Shown piece after piece: positions 10,598 through 20,772 of a stretch of DNA of 64,000 nucleotides (its first letter is position 1; every line of letters starts with the position of its first letter). The stretch is taken from assembly GCA_965240465.1 (NCBI GenBank), contig OZ251219.1, positions 928,001 through 992,000 on the forward strand, given 5' to 3'. The notes beneath the pieces are model-generated. The model worked only from the letters and a program-made list of their open reading frames with translations. It was not told where the DNA came from and did not search any database. Source of the stretch: a bacterium. Its GTDB lineage: Bacteria > SAR324 > JACQKK01. The position numbers and the translations under genes are program-made.

Positions 10598-11557
10598 TTA
10601 GGTCCCATGCAAACGAGGGTTGATAAAGGCATTGATAACATCCACTAGTAAATTGATCATCAAGGTCAGCAAAGTAAAAAGTAGCAACATGGTTCGTACC
10701 GATGACCAATCTCGCCAGCGAACCGCATGCACCAATGCCGTCCCCAAACCCGGAAAGTTGAAAACCGTCTCAGTCACCACCAATCCCCCCAACATAAAGG
10801 CAGCCTCCACCCCCAGCACCGTCACCAACGACGGCAACACATTGCGAACCGCATGCACCAATAACACTCCCCGAGGAGACAACCCCTTAGCCAATGCAGT
10901 ACGCCAATAATCCTGCTCAACAGCATCCAGCAAAGACGCACGAGTTATACGCTGCAACAATCCTGCCCCCCGAAATCCCACAATTAAAGACGGTAACCCC
11001 CACATCAAAACCTCCTGCAATCCAAAATCAACCCGAGTACTATATATAGGCAACACCCCAAACCACCTGAAACTAAACACCAAACCTAGCAATCCCAACC
11101 AAAAAGACGGCAAAGACAAACCCAGCAACCCCACTACCCTCAATACCCCGTCCACCAACCGACCCCGCTGCCAAACAGAACAAAACCCCAACCCAAATCC
11201 CAATAACACCATCCATCCCAATGATAGCAAACCCAGTCGAACACTTATTCCCAAAGCCCCCCACAAATAAGGACGCAATGCTTGCTCAAATACATTAGAA
11301 TATCCCCAATCACCACTGAAAAATCCTGCCAGCCACCTCCCATAGCGAAATATCCAGCTGCCATCCATCCCCCAATCATGCTCTAAATGCACCACTGCCT
11401 CTTTACTCGCCAAACCTGCCGACCCCAACAAAGCCTCCGCCGCACTGCCCGGTGCCAATTCGGCTAACCAAAAAGCAAACAACGACACCAACCCCAATCC
11501 CAAAATAGAACACCATAAACGAAACCCCAACAACCTCCATATACTCTGTCTAACCAT
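10598..11557 (-). CDS. Oligopeptide/dipeptide ABC permease (DppB/OppB type)
   Basis: DYWRTALAKGLS, HAVRN, ETVFNFPGLG, NPRL. Confidence 0.92.
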   Translation of the reverse strand: MVRQSIWRLLGFRLWCSILGLGLVSLFAFWLAELAPGSAAEALLGSAGLASKEAVVHLEHDWGMDGSWIFRYGRWLAGFFSGDWGYSNVFEQALRPYLWGALGISVRLGLLSLGWMVLLGFGLGFCSVWQRGRLVDGVLRVVGLLGLSLPSFWLGLLGLVFSFRWFGVLPIYSTRVDFGLQEVLMWGLPSLIVGFRGAGLLQRITRASLLDAVEQDYWRTALAKGLSPRGVLLVHAVRNVLPSLVTVLGVEAAFMLGGLVVTETVFNFPGLGTALVHAVRWRDWSSVRTMLLLFTLLTLMINLLVDVINAFINPRLHGT

Positions 11558-11586
11558 CTTGCTAATTCCCCCTGATATGCTCTCAA

Positions 11587-13245
11587 CTAGGGAGCTCTAT
11601 TACCCGTGGGGGTTGTTTTATTCTCCAGCCATACATTCTCCAGTCGCCAGCCATGATAGGCACTCTGGCGTAACTTCAATCCTTTCAATTCTGGCGATAA
11701 AATCGTGTGCCCCCGCAACTGTAGAATTATCGGACGAGCTTGTTCGGCGATGAGACGGCGTTCAATGATGTGTACCAATCGCAATCTTTTTCTAAAAGAG
11801 CGAGTTTGCGACTGCTTTTGAAATAAAACTTCCAGTTCCAGATTGCAATATCCCGAATAATTGCGTTCTGATTGGCAGGAGTAGTTTTCCAAGTACATAG
11901 CATCGGGGTTGTCGGGACCGAGGCCAGTGACGTTCATCCCCAGCTGGAAATCTCCTTCTTTGATACGGCTATGCCAAGCACTTCTATCTATCACCCGAAT
12001 GGTGGGACGGATGAAGGTTCTGCTTAATTGAGCGGTCAGCAAGGAAGCCGCCTTGCGATAAATTCTCACGTCCCGAGTAGATATGACTAAAGACAGCGGT
12101 TTTTTGGCTGAGTATCCTTGCTCGGCGAGGTATTTTTGGGCTTGCTGGAGGGATTTTCTATTTGCTTGCAAGCGGAGTATCTCCTTAGCGGGCAGTCCCC
12201 AAACCCCGTCTGGAGGAGACATAAGTGCTCCCCCTAAAAAAGATCCTTTTGTCCCCCCGAAAGCTTGTTGAAAGGCTTGGCGGTCAATGGCAAAATCGAT
12301 TGCTTGGCGGATGGAAGTATTCTTTAGCACGGGATCTTTAGGATTAAACAACAGATTCAAGGAAGCATTAGAAGGACGTCCTAAGCTAATCAAATTAGAG
12401 GCACGCTTTTGGATATCTTGAGCATCTTGAGGAGTAGCATCGTGAGGAAAGCCCAACTGTTGTTGACCTGATGCCATCGCCAACATGCGAGTGGGATGAT
12501 TAGGAATTATCAAATACACAATCTCATCCAGATAAGGCCGTCTTGGACGCCAATAATTCTCATTCCGTTGCAACTTGATTTCCTGACCCCGCCGCCAATG
12601 CACAAAACGCATCGGACCACTACCCACCGGCTCGGTACGCATCTTAGCCAAGGACACATGAGCTGGATAAACAGGAGAATAACCGCTAGCTAGCATGTCC
12701 AACAGAGAAGGTTGGGGAGCCCGCAGATGAAAACTTACCTGAAAATTGCCAGCGGTGGTAATCTTTTTCACTTGCTGATACCAAACTCGCCTCGGATTCT
12801 TACGCAATAACTGGGCATTCTCGCCTCTGATAACATCCCAAGTGTACTTAACATCGCTACTGGTTAAGGGTTTGCCATCGTGCCATTTTACGTCTTTTCT
12901 AAGTATCAAGCTTAGACGCAAGCCATCTTTGCTCCACTGCCAGCTTTTGGCCAGCTCGGGAACAATTCTTTTGGGTGATTCCACTGCTGAGCGGGGGTCA
13001 TAGGCTACCAGATTGTTAAACAAAGGCATGGCAGGAAAATTAGTACTCAAGGTAGCTTCCTCGTGAATAGACAAACTAGGAGGATTTCCTCGCAACTGAG
13101 CACGCAAAATCCCTCCCCGCGTCTGTGCCAATCCCTCGGTAGGATATGCCAGTAAGCCTCCTATGATGACGGACGCAATAATCACGAACGCAATAACCAC
13201 GAACGAAATAAAATAAGCTGGAACAAAAGAATTAGGGCGAATCAT
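11587..13245 (-). CDS. ABC transporter substrate-binding protein, family 5
   Basis: Signal peptide, PELAKSW, VKWHDGKPLTSSDVKYT, PVGSGP. Confidence 0.92.
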   Translation of the reverse strand: MIRPNSFVPAYFISFVVIAFVIIASVIIGGLLAYPTEGLAQTRGGILRAQLRGNPPSLSIHEEATLSTNFPAMPLFNNLVAYDPRSAVESPKRIVPELAKSWQWSKDGLRLSLILRKDVKWHDGKPLTSSDVKYTWDVIRGENAQLLRKNPRRVWYQQVKKITTAGNFQVSFHLRAPQPSLLDMLASGYSPVYPAHVSLAKMRTEPVGSGPMRFVHWRRGQEIKLQRNENYWRPRRPYLDEIVYLIIPNHPTRMLAMASGQQQLGFPHDATPQDAQDIQKRASNLISLGRPSNASLNLLFNPKDPVLKNTSIRQAIDFAIDRQAFQQAFGGTKGSFLGGALMSPPDGVWGLPAKEILRLQANRKSLQQAQKYLAEQGYSAKKPLSLVISTRDVRIYRKAASLLTAQLSRTFIRPTIRVIDRSAWHSRIKEGDFQLGMNVTGLGPDNPDAMYLENYSCQSERNYSGYCNLELEVLFQKQSQTRSFRKRLRLVHIIERRLIAEQARPIILQLRGHTILSPELKGLKLRQSAYHGWRLENVWLENKTTPTGNRAP

Positions 13246-13354
13246 ATTTTCCTAGAACAGAGAAGATAATAATAATGCTAAAGCATGAGATGCTAATAGT
13301 TGCTTGGTCACCAATAATAGGAACTCAACTCTCTATTAAGTTAATTGAATTTTA

Positions 13355-13852
13355 ATGTCAAATCCCAAGACAGACCCCAAAAAATCTGCCCTTCTTAACA
13401 AAGAAGATTTATCCGCTAAGCAAGCACAGCTGCTTGATAAGGCCAAAGCCTTTCTCCAACTGCATTCACGGGTGGTAGAAGATTTTGAGCGTAGCCTAAC
13501 CAAGGCTAGGCATTATCTTAGCTTGGTACGAATAGCTCTAGAAAAGGAACCCGCAGAAGCTTTATCCCTACTAAAACAAATTGAAGAAACCGAATTATCA
13601 AATCACTTGGAACAACAATTTGAAGCTTATGAATCAATAGCCGATCAATTGGAAAAAATTATCCAAACTCAACCCCAAAAAGAACTATCCCTTCAAATAT
13701 CTGAACTGCTTCCCAAACTACGCGAAAACTACCTCACCCAACTGAGAGAATCTGAAGAACAACAACAAATAATCCAAATCCTAAAAGAAAAATTAGCCGC
13801 TCTGAAAACCAATGATAACAAAACCAATGGCACAGAACATAATCATGGCTAA
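13355..13852 (+). CDS. Hypothetical coiled-coil protein
   Basis: 165-aa E/Q/L/K-rich ORF filling an otherwise empty interval; no recognisable motif. Confidence 0.6.
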   Translation: MSNPKTDPKKSALLNKEDLSAKQAQLLDKAKAFLQLHSRVVEDFERSLTKARHYLSLVRIALEKEPAEALSLLKQIEETELSNHLEQQFEAYESIADQLEKIIQTQPQKELSLQISELLPKLRENYLTQLRESEEQQQIIQILKEKLAALKTNDNKTNGTEHNHG

Positions 13853-13872
13853 GCACCGCTATGCTCTGAAAA

Positions 13873-14301
13873 CTAGTCAGGCACTAAAAATACGTACATA
13901 GTCCACCCTAAAACTAAGACCAAAACTCCCAGCATTAACAACAACGGCCAAATAGATTTCTGAGGCTCGGTATCATAAAGGCGTTCTTCTTTGAATCCAG
14001 CTTGAGAACTAGGAGTAGGGGTCTTTTCTTCCAGCTCAATAATACGCCGTAGGTCATCCTTGATGATGCTGTCGTTGATTCCGAGTGCTTGGGCATAATT
14101 GCGAATAAATCCTCGCACAAACACAAAATCTGGCAGCCCTTCCAAACTGCCAGCTTCAATCTGCTGGAGAAAATTAATCTGAATACGGGTACGATCCGAA
14201 ATTTCTTTCAAAGGAACGCCGCGTTCCTCGCGGGCAGCCCGTAAACGCCTGCCTAACTTGGCAAATAAATTGTCTAGCTGATTCTCTTCTGGTACGGACA
14301 T
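13873..14301 (-). CDS. rodZ: RodZ-like HTH protein with one transmembrane helix, no periplasmic domain
   Basis: LGRRLRAAREERG...ISDRTRI...FVRGFIRNYAQALG, then a C-terminal TM helix; lies near mreBCD. Confidence 0.75.
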   Translation of the reverse strand: MSVPEENQLDNLFAKLGRRLRAAREERGVPLKEISDRTRIQINFLQQIEAGSLEGLPDFVFVRGFIRNYAQALGINDSIIKDDLRRIIELEEKTPTPSSQAGFKEERLYDTEPQKSIWPLLLMLGVLVLVLGWTMYVFLVPD

Positions 14302-14428
14302 GGAAAATTATGAGTCAAGGTGATAATGGAGTAACTACCATTCTCTTCACCTTGAACCAATATAGTCAAGTTATTAACGGGAGAATAATACTGCTAAAAT
14401 CCAATATCCACTATTTCCAAAATAAATG

Positions 14429-14501
<73 letters not shown>

Positions 14502-14662
14502 ATGCTATAAAGAGGTTATCCAAAGTAGCTGGTGTTCTGTCAAGTGTAGGGTACAATTAAATCTTGGCTTGAGGTTGAAAATACGCTGGGAGACCTTGTT
14601 TAATGACATGAACCATTAGAGGATGCTATTCTCACGGAAGAGCAGTAGTCGGCGGCGCAATT

Positions 14663-14739
14663 GGTACTTTCTGGGTACTTTCTGAGTACTTTCTGGGTAC
14701 TTTCTGAGTACTTTCTGAGTACTTTCTGGGCACTTTCTT
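14663..14739. repeat. 11-bp tandem repeat x7 upstream of mreB
   Basis: (G/A)GTACTTTCTG units. Confidence 0.93.
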
Positions 14740-14752
14740 GGAAGAGTGAGCG

Positions 14753-15661
14753 GTGAATTTATTGGGTAGCTGGATGGCAGCGGATGTTGGTCATCGGCAA
14801 TTGAAATTGGTGTGTAGGGGGCATGAGGTCTGGGATCTGGAGATTCCTCCGCTCAGCGACACAGAAGAAGAAGGTCCGCGCTTAGCTGCGGTACTGAACT
14901 GGGGGTTTAGGCAGGGCTGGAACTGGAGTTGGTTCTTGAGAAGAATGAGTGGTCGGCTGGTGGTGGTATATCCGCCGGGAACGGATGATGAAATTCTACA
15001 GAAGTGGCAGCATGATTTGAGTTCCTTAGGTGTTGCCCGACTGGAGATGGTGGATGCATCTTTGGCAGCGGCGGCTGGTAGCGGCGAACAGGTGGGAGAG
15101 TTAGCCTGTCGGGGGGTGTTGAGTATGGGGGCAATTTGCAGTTGGTTTGCGGTGTATGCCTTGGGAGAATTGGTAGCTTGTTGCGAATTGCCATTTGGAG
15201 GTTGGAATTTTGACGTGGCTATCCAGTCATTTATTAAGAGTCGTGATAAAATAGATATTTCGGAGTTGAAAGCAGAAGGATTGCGATCTCAGTTAGGTAG
15301 ACTTCAATTTGGTACTAAGCGTTCAGAATTGCTATTACAAGGAAGAGAATCTTCTGGTACTGAAAAGACAACCATTCTGTACGATACCGAATTATGTGAG
15401 TTGTTGCAGGATTGTCTGGAACCTTTGTTATGGAGTATTCGGGTAGTTATGCGTAAGATACCTCCTGAGATGTTAGTAGATCTTAGTCGGAATCCTTTGT
15501 GTTTGGTGGGTGGATTGGCTCGTATGACCGGGATGGCAGAATTTTTGGAAAAACAACTTCATCTGCCTGTTAAGGTCCCTTCCAATCCAGAGCATGCGGT
15601 GGTGTTGGGAGCCCTGAAACTGGCCGCTGAAAGACGGTTCTGGAGACCAATCTCTAACTAG
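14753..15661 (+). CDS. mreB: Highly divergent MreB-like actin-fold protein
   Basis: First gene of mreC-mreD-mrdA; residual motifs SLAAAAGSG, GGWNFDVAI, IPPEMLVD, LVGGLA, NPEHAVVLGA. Confidence 0.75.
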   Translation: MNLLGSWMAADVGHRQLKLVCRGHEVWDLEIPPLSDTEEEGPRLAAVLNWGFRQGWNWSWFLRRMSGRLVVVYPPGTDDEILQKWQHDLSSLGVARLEMVDASLAAAAGSGEQVGELACRGVLSMGAICSWFAVYALGELVACCELPFGGWNFDVAIQSFIKSRDKIDISELKAEGLRSQLGRLQFGTKRSELLLQGRESSGTEKTTILYDTELCELLQDCLEPLLWSIRVVMRKIPPEMLVDLSRNPLCLVGGLARMTGMAEFLEKQLHLPVKVPSNPEHAVVLGALKLAAERRFWRPISN

Positions 15662-15675
15662 TTTTTGATTTATCC

Positions 15676-16566
15676 ATGATTGCATTCATCAGACGCCATA
15701 GTTTTAAGCTCAGCTTAGGGGCTGTTTTGCTCTTATTGATGCTACTTAGCTCTATATATCGCAGTAATCCTGATAAATTACAGCCCCTCAATCAACTTGT
15801 TCACGCGGTAGCTGCACCCTTTCAAAACACTGCTTATATTGCTCAAAAGCAGTTGTCTGGGTGGTTTGAGCAATACTTGATCTTGATGGATATAAAAGAG
15901 GAAAATACCAGATTACAGCAACAACTTATACAAATGCAGGCAGAACTTAATCGCTATATTGATGATGCTACTCGCTTCCGATTGCTAAAAAAACAACTCC
16001 GCCTCGCAGAACAAAAGGTACCCCAAAAAGTCTTTGCAGAAGTAATAGGATATTCCGTGGATGGATTCCATCGGGTAGCGATTATTAACAAAGGGCAAAG
16101 AGTAGGAATTCGCCGTAATTATCCTGTGGTGGTGGTGGAAGGGCTGGTAGGGCGAGTACTGTCCGCATCTACCAATCGGTCGGTAATCCAATTACTCAAT
16201 GATCCTAGGCATCGCTTTCCTGTTTCCATTCAAATTTCTCCTCCCCTGAACGAGGCTATCGAACCTCTGAATAGCTCAGTCATCGGTAATCCTCAAGAAC
16301 GTGCTCTGGCAAGCGGAAGACAAAATAAAATTAGGGCAGAACGCATCAGTACCCTAGCCTCCGTCAAATCAGGTGATAGAGTAATTACCAGCGGACTGGC
16401 AGGTATTTTTCCTCGGGGACTAGCAGTGGGCATCGTGGGAGAAGTCTCCAAACCCAAGCACGATGTGTTCCAATATGCAGATATTATCCCCCACGTAGAT
16501 TTTGATAGTCTGGAAGGAGTTTTTATCATCATCCAGCCCCCCAAAAATGATTTGTTCCAACCTTAG
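15676..16566 (+). CDS. mreC: Rod shape-determining protein MreC
   Basis: TM plus coiled coil, INKGQRVGI, GLVGRV, GDRVITSGLAGIFPRG. Confidence 0.93.
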   Translation: MIAFIRRHSFKLSLGAVLLLLMLLSSIYRSNPDKLQPLNQLVHAVAAPFQNTAYIAQKQLSGWFEQYLILMDIKEENTRLQQQLIQMQAELNRYIDDATRFRLLKKQLRLAEQKVPQKVFAEVIGYSVDGFHRVAIINKGQRVGIRRNYPVVVVEGLVGRVLSASTNRSVIQLLNDPRHRFPVSIQISPPLNEAIEPLNSSVIGNPQERALASGRQNKIRAERISTLASVKSGDRVITSGLAGIFPRGLAVGIVGEVSKPKHDVFQYADIIPHVDFDSLEGVFIIIQPPKNDLFQP

Positions 16567-16590
16567 TGGAAAATATCGCTAGCCAGCACG

Positions 16591-16713
16591 GGCCATCATA
16601 AACGCCCATCATAAATGCCCATCCCAAATGATTGACGCAGGAAACTAACGCAGGAAACTAACGCAGGAAACTAACGCAGGAAACTAACGCAGGAAACTAA
16701 CGCAGGAAACTAA
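16591..16713. repeat. Two adjacent 13-bp arrays between mreC and mreD: GCCCATCATAAAY about 3x, then ACGCAGGAAACTA x6 (16635-16712)
   Basis: Six perfect copies end 2 nt before the mreD ATG. Confidence 0.93.
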
Positions 16714-16714
16714 T

Positions 16715-17197
16715 ATGACGAAAATACTGGTTTATATTTGCATCGGACTAACAGCCTTATGGTTGCAACTGACCCTTGCCCAATGGCTAGCCTGGGGCGG
16801 TAGCCTAAAGCCCAATTTTCCCCTGCTGACTACCTTGCTACTCAGCCTGAGTGGCATCGGAGCAGCCATATTTCCCTATGCAGCCATTATGGGACTAACC
16901 CAAGACGTCCTTTCTCACAATATCCACGGAATATACAGCATAAGCTTTACCCTCACTGCTTTTGCCATCAGGGGATTTGCAGCTTATATTAACTATCAAC
17001 AATCCATCCTCCTGATAGCTACCGTATTCTTATTTGCCATGCTAGAAAGTATCTTCGCTTGGTTTCTGCTACAATTCTCACTCCAACGGCCCCCACTAGC
17101 TAGCTGGCTACTGAGCGGAATCCAAATGTCCGGCTACACAGCTTTGTTGGCACTGCTAGTCAATCGATTACTGCGTGGCATTTTACCCAATAACTAA
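16715..17197 (+). CDS. mreD: Rod shape-determining protein MreD
   Basis: 160-aa polytopic membrane protein between mreC and mrdA; KPNF, GLTQDVLS. Confidence 0.85.
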   Translation: MTKILVYICIGLTALWLQLTLAQWLAWGGSLKPNFPLLTTLLLSLSGIGAAIFPYAAIMGLTQDVLSHNIHGIYSISFTLTAFAIRGFAAYINYQQSILLIATVFLFAMLESIFAWFLLQFSLQRPPLASWLLSGIQMSGYTALLALLVNRLLRGILPNN

Positions 17198-17211
17198 AAT
17201 AGGTGCTTTAA

Positions 17212-19065
17212 GTGAAATTCGGTTCTTTTGATTCCAGTGGAAATGACCTACGGCAGTTCCGCACTCGGGTCTCCGTTATGAGGTGGATCATAGTGGGATT
17301 ATCGGTGATATGGATAAGCAAGCTGTTCTTCATGCAGGTGATCTTTTACCAGTACTACGACCGTCTAGCACGAGGAAACCGAATCAGAGTAATTCCACAG
17401 GAAGGCCCCCGAGGATTTATCTATGACCGTACTGGAGAGATCTTGGCGTATAATCGTCCTGCATATCATGTTAATTTTATGAAGGAAGATTCTCCCAACC
17501 CCGAAAAAACCCTAAGCGTTTTATCTCGCCTGACTGGTATCCCCCTAAATAACATCAAGAAGCGTTGGCAGTCCGAGGGCGAAATTCCATTTAGAGCAGT
17601 CCGAATATTGGACTCCATTCATAGAAACACTGCAGACATCATAGACAGCCATCACAGCGATATGCCTGGGGTGGCAGTAGAAGTGGAATTCAAACGCTTC
17701 TACCCTAAGCGGAATGTGTTGTCGCATGTACTGGGATATGTAAGTGCTAGCTCGGGTTTTCAGGCGAATCAGTTAAGATCTAATCAGCGTCTTTCTGGTC
17801 GGGTGGTGGGGCAGACAGGCTTGGAGGAATCCTATAATCAGCAATTACTAGGTACCGATGGAGGACATCAGGTAGAGGTGGATCACCTGGGACGCGATCT
17901 ACGGTTACTGGATAAGCCTGTCCCAGCGGTGGCAGGGAAGGAACTTAGGATCTCCATTGATGTCAATTTACAGCAGTATGCTCGCGATTTATTGGCGGAT
18001 AAAAAGGGGGTAATATTGCTATCTCAAGTAGCCACAGGCAAAATTCTGACTATGGTCAGTAGTCCCGATTACGATCCTAATGTCTTTGTGCGTGGCATCG
18101 CTCAGCAGGAGTGGAAGGACATTACTGATGATGACCAAGCAGCTTTGATCAATCGTGCTATTCAGGGTTTGTATCCCCCAGGGTCTACCTTCAAGATGGC
18201 AGTGGCATTGGCAGCTCTAGAGGAGGGCTTGATTGATGGAAAAAGCACTTTCTATTGTCCAGGGCATTATTTGCTTAGGGGTCGCCGACGATATTGCTGG
18301 TTGAAAAAAGGTCATGGAGTGGTTAATTTGCGTCAGGCGATTGCTAGATCTTGCAATGTGTTTTTTTATAATCTGGGAATCCAGCTAAAGGGCGAGCGAC
18401 TAGCACAGTATGCCCGCTTGCTGGGTTTTGGACGTACTAGCAGTCTGGAGCTGCCTAGCGAGAAGAAGGGCTTGGTCCCAGACCCGCAATGGAAAAAGAA
18501 AACCACCGGGCAACCATGGTTTGAAGGCGATGACATAAACTATGCCATCGGTCAAGGATATCTGAATGTGACTCCCATTCAATTATTGGGATATATTCAA
18601 TTTTTTGCTAGTCGGGGTTCGGTTTCTCATCCGACCCTGCTTAATTTCGCGGCTGATACCAATTCGCAGCCCGCGGATCTTTTTAAGCCTCAGCATCTGG
18701 AAATGATCCGCCAAGGAATGCTGGATGCCGTCAACCACGTAGGCACCGCTGGTAGGGCACGTACCTCGCTGTTTCAAGTAGCTGGCAAAACAGGAACCTC
18801 CCAAGTACAAGGCAGAAGGTACCGAGGTGTAAATAAATTATTACCTCATTCCATCTTCATTGGATATGCACCCGCAGCACTCCCAGAACTAGCTGTGGTG
18901 GTTATAGTGGAACACGGCAAAGAAGGAGGACTGGTGGCTGCTCCATTCGCTAGAAAAATGCTACTGTACGCCCATAAGCACCTGTACCCTCTGTATGATC
19001 CTCCTGCCGAAACAGAGCCATCAACCGAGCCATCAACCAAGCCATCAACCAAGCCATCAACCTAG
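17212..19065 (+). CDS. mrdA: Penicillin-binding protein 2
   Basis: RGFIYDRTG, YPPGSTFK (SxxK), SCN, KTGT. Confidence 0.95.
   Translation: MKFGSFDSSGNDLRQFRTRVSVMRWIIVGLSVIWISKLFFMQVIFYQYYDRLARGNRIRVIPQEGPRGFIYDRTGEILAYNRPAYHVNFMKEDSPNPEKTLSVLSRLTGIPLNNIKKRWQSEGEIPFRAVRILDSIHRNTADIIDSHHSDMPGVAVEVEFKRFYPKRNVLSHVLGYVSASSGFQANQLRSNQRLSGRVVGQTGLEESYNQQLLGTDGGHQVEVDHLGRDLRLLDKPVPAVAGKELRISIDVNLQQYARDLLADKKGVILLSQVATGKILTMVSSPDYDPNVFVRGIAQQEWKDITDDDQAALINRAIQGLYPPGSTFKMAVALAALEEGLIDGKSTFYCPGHYLLRGRRRYCWLKKGHGVVNLRQAIARSCNVFFYNLGIQLKGERLAQYARLLGFGRTSSLELPSEKKGLVPDPQWKKKTTGQPWFEGDDINYAIGQGYLNVTPIQLLGYIQFFASRGSVSHPTLLNFAADTNSQPADLFKPQHLEMIRQGMLDAVNHVGTAGRARTSLFQVAGKTGTSQVQGRRYRGVNKLLPHSIFIGYAPAALPELAVVVIVEHGKEGGLVAAPFARKMLLYAHKHLYPLYDPPAETEPSTEPSTKPSTKPST
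19015..19062. repeat. 12-bp in-frame repeat x4 at the mrdA C-terminus ((E/K)PST)
   Basis: (G/A)AGCCATCAACC units ending at the stop codon. Confidence 0.9.
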
Positions 19066-19092
19066 CTGCCATCCTCCAATTTCAAGATTCCA

Positions 19093-19710
19093 ATGCATCA
19101 AACAAGGGCTTTTTGTTTGGCATCAGCTTCTCCTCGCCGACAGGAGCTACTAGCTGAATGGGGGCTGGAATTCACTCAGTTTTCTCCTAAGGTGGATGAA
19201 AAACAGCTGGCTGGAGAATCTCCCAAAGACCAAGTAATGAGGTTGGCTCTTAGCAAAGCCCGAGCAGCTGTAGCCAGTCAAGTAGCCAATACGCCCGAGC
19301 CTCTACCCAGTCTTATTCTGGCAGGCGATACCCTGGTCTCCCTAGGTGGGCAGCCCCTGGGCAAGCCTGCCAATCTGGCTGAGGCAAGGAGTATGTTGCA
19401 TGCTCTGTCGGGCAGAACTCATCAGGTACTTTCTGCCTATTGTCTGCTGGAGGTTGCCGCGGCCCCCAAGAAAATCCAGCGACTGGTCTCCACCAAGGTT
19501 CACTTTCGCGTGTTGCCTACAGACTGGATTGAATGGTACCTTGGACATCACGAAGTGCTAGACAAGGCAGGAGCATATGCCATCCAATCCAGTGGCGGGG
19601 CAATGGTGGAGTGGATTCACGGTTCTTATACCAATGTGATTGGTTTTCCTATGGAGCAAATAATTTGGGACTTATTAAAAAATGGCTGGCTTATCCTAGC
19701 GGACTCTTAG
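19093..19710 (+). CDS. maf: Maf family nucleoside triphosphate pyrophosphatase
   Basis: LASASPRRQELL, GDT, GKP, LSGRTHQV, DKAGAYAIQ. Confidence 0.93.
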   Translation: MHQTRAFCLASASPRRQELLAEWGLEFTQFSPKVDEKQLAGESPKDQVMRLALSKARAAVASQVANTPEPLPSLILAGDTLVSLGGQPLGKPANLAEARSMLHALSGRTHQVLSAYCLLEVAAAPKKIQRLVSTKVHFRVLPTDWIEWYLGHHEVLDKAGAYAIQSSGGAMVEWIHGSYTNVIGFPMEQIIWDLLKNGWLILADS

Positions 19711-20666
19711 TACTAATTCTGCTGGGAGAACCTCATCAAGCAATAGCACAAGCACCCTGGCAGGTTACTCCTAAGGGAGTAATGTTGCTGGAACTTGGCT
19801 CCAGTCAGGAAAGACAAACCGAAGCGGTAGACTCAGCAGGAATAAAAAAAAGCTTAAGCCAGTATCTGGACTATCAAGACGAAATTAAAGGTCAACTGAA
19901 TGGAAATCTGGAAAGAAACTTTACTCGCAATTATTTATATCTGCAGTATGGACTGAAGGACACCCTGAACCTCAGACTAGAACTGAACCGCGGTACCGCT
20001 AAACAAACTGGCTCGGCAGTACCTTCTGCAGTGTTAATTAGCCAAACCCCATCCCCCCAACTCCAGTCGCAAGATTTGTCGGGCAGTGGTAATCACACCC
20101 TGATGCTGGTGTTTCGGAATCTGTTGGTAGAAGGCAGATCCCTACAGTGGCGATTAGGATATAGCCCTGCCGTCAATCCTAAGGACTTCCCCTACAGTAA
20201 TCCATACTCCCTTTCCCCAGGCTCTTATTCCAGATCCTTGCTCCTTGGAGTGCAAAATACCATCTATCCTGCTAGCAGCAAATCACGACTAGATATGCAA
20301 CTGGCATCCCGATACCACCTAAAAACTCCCCTCACTACCACCGAAAATCAAAACATCATCTTCCAACAAGGACACCAAATAACTGGGCTACTCCACTGGC
20401 AAAGCCTTCTAGATCCCTTAATACTCTCCCTAGGATTGCAAGCTCACTACCAAGGCAGCACCAAAGAAGATAATCAAAAATATGACGACAACAAACGACT
20501 CCTAAACCAAATCTTAGGACTCGCAATAGGAAACCTACATCAACTAGAACAAGGACAAAAACCAACTCTGCCCTGGCAACTGGAACTCAAATACACAAAC
20601 ACAGCCCACGCCCGCAATAGCCCACTGACATCCGAAACCTCCCTATCCTTATTGGCTTATTTCTAA
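19533..20666 (+). CDS. Hypothetical exported/outer-membrane beta-barrel-like protein (true start probably later, near the maf end)
   Basis: Signal-peptide-like LLVLILLGEPHQAIA, alternating beta-strand pattern, terminal Phe. Confidence 0.55.
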   Translation: MVPWTSRSARQGRSICHPIQWRGNGGVDSRFLYQCDWFSYGANNLGLIKKWLAYPSGLLVLILLGEPHQAIAQAPWQVTPKGVMLLELGSSQERQTEAVDSAGIKKSLSQYLDYQDEIKGQLNGNLERNFTRNYLYLQYGLKDTLNLRLELNRGTAKQTGSAVPSAVLISQTPSPQLQSQDLSGSGNHTLMLVFRNLLVEGRSLQWRLGYSPAVNPKDFPYSNPYSLSPGSYSRSLLLGVQNTIYPASSKSRLDMQLASRYHLKTPLTTTENQNIIFQQGHQITGLLHWQSLLDPLILSLGLQAHYQGSTKEDNQKYDDNKRLLNQILGLAIGNLHQLEQGQKPTLPWQLELKYTNTAHARNSPLTSETSLSLLAYF

Positions 20667-20702
20667 TGTATGCTTAGACCCCTCCTACGACACAATTACT
20701 TT

Positions 20703-20772
20703 AATCATCAACCACTTCAATCATCAACCACTTCAATCATCAACCACTTCAATCATCAACCACTTCAATCAT
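20703..20772. repeat. 16-bp tandem repeat x4 between convergent genes
   Basis: AATCATCAACCACTTC x4; the last copy overlaps the stop of the nucleotidyltransferase. Confidence 0.93.
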
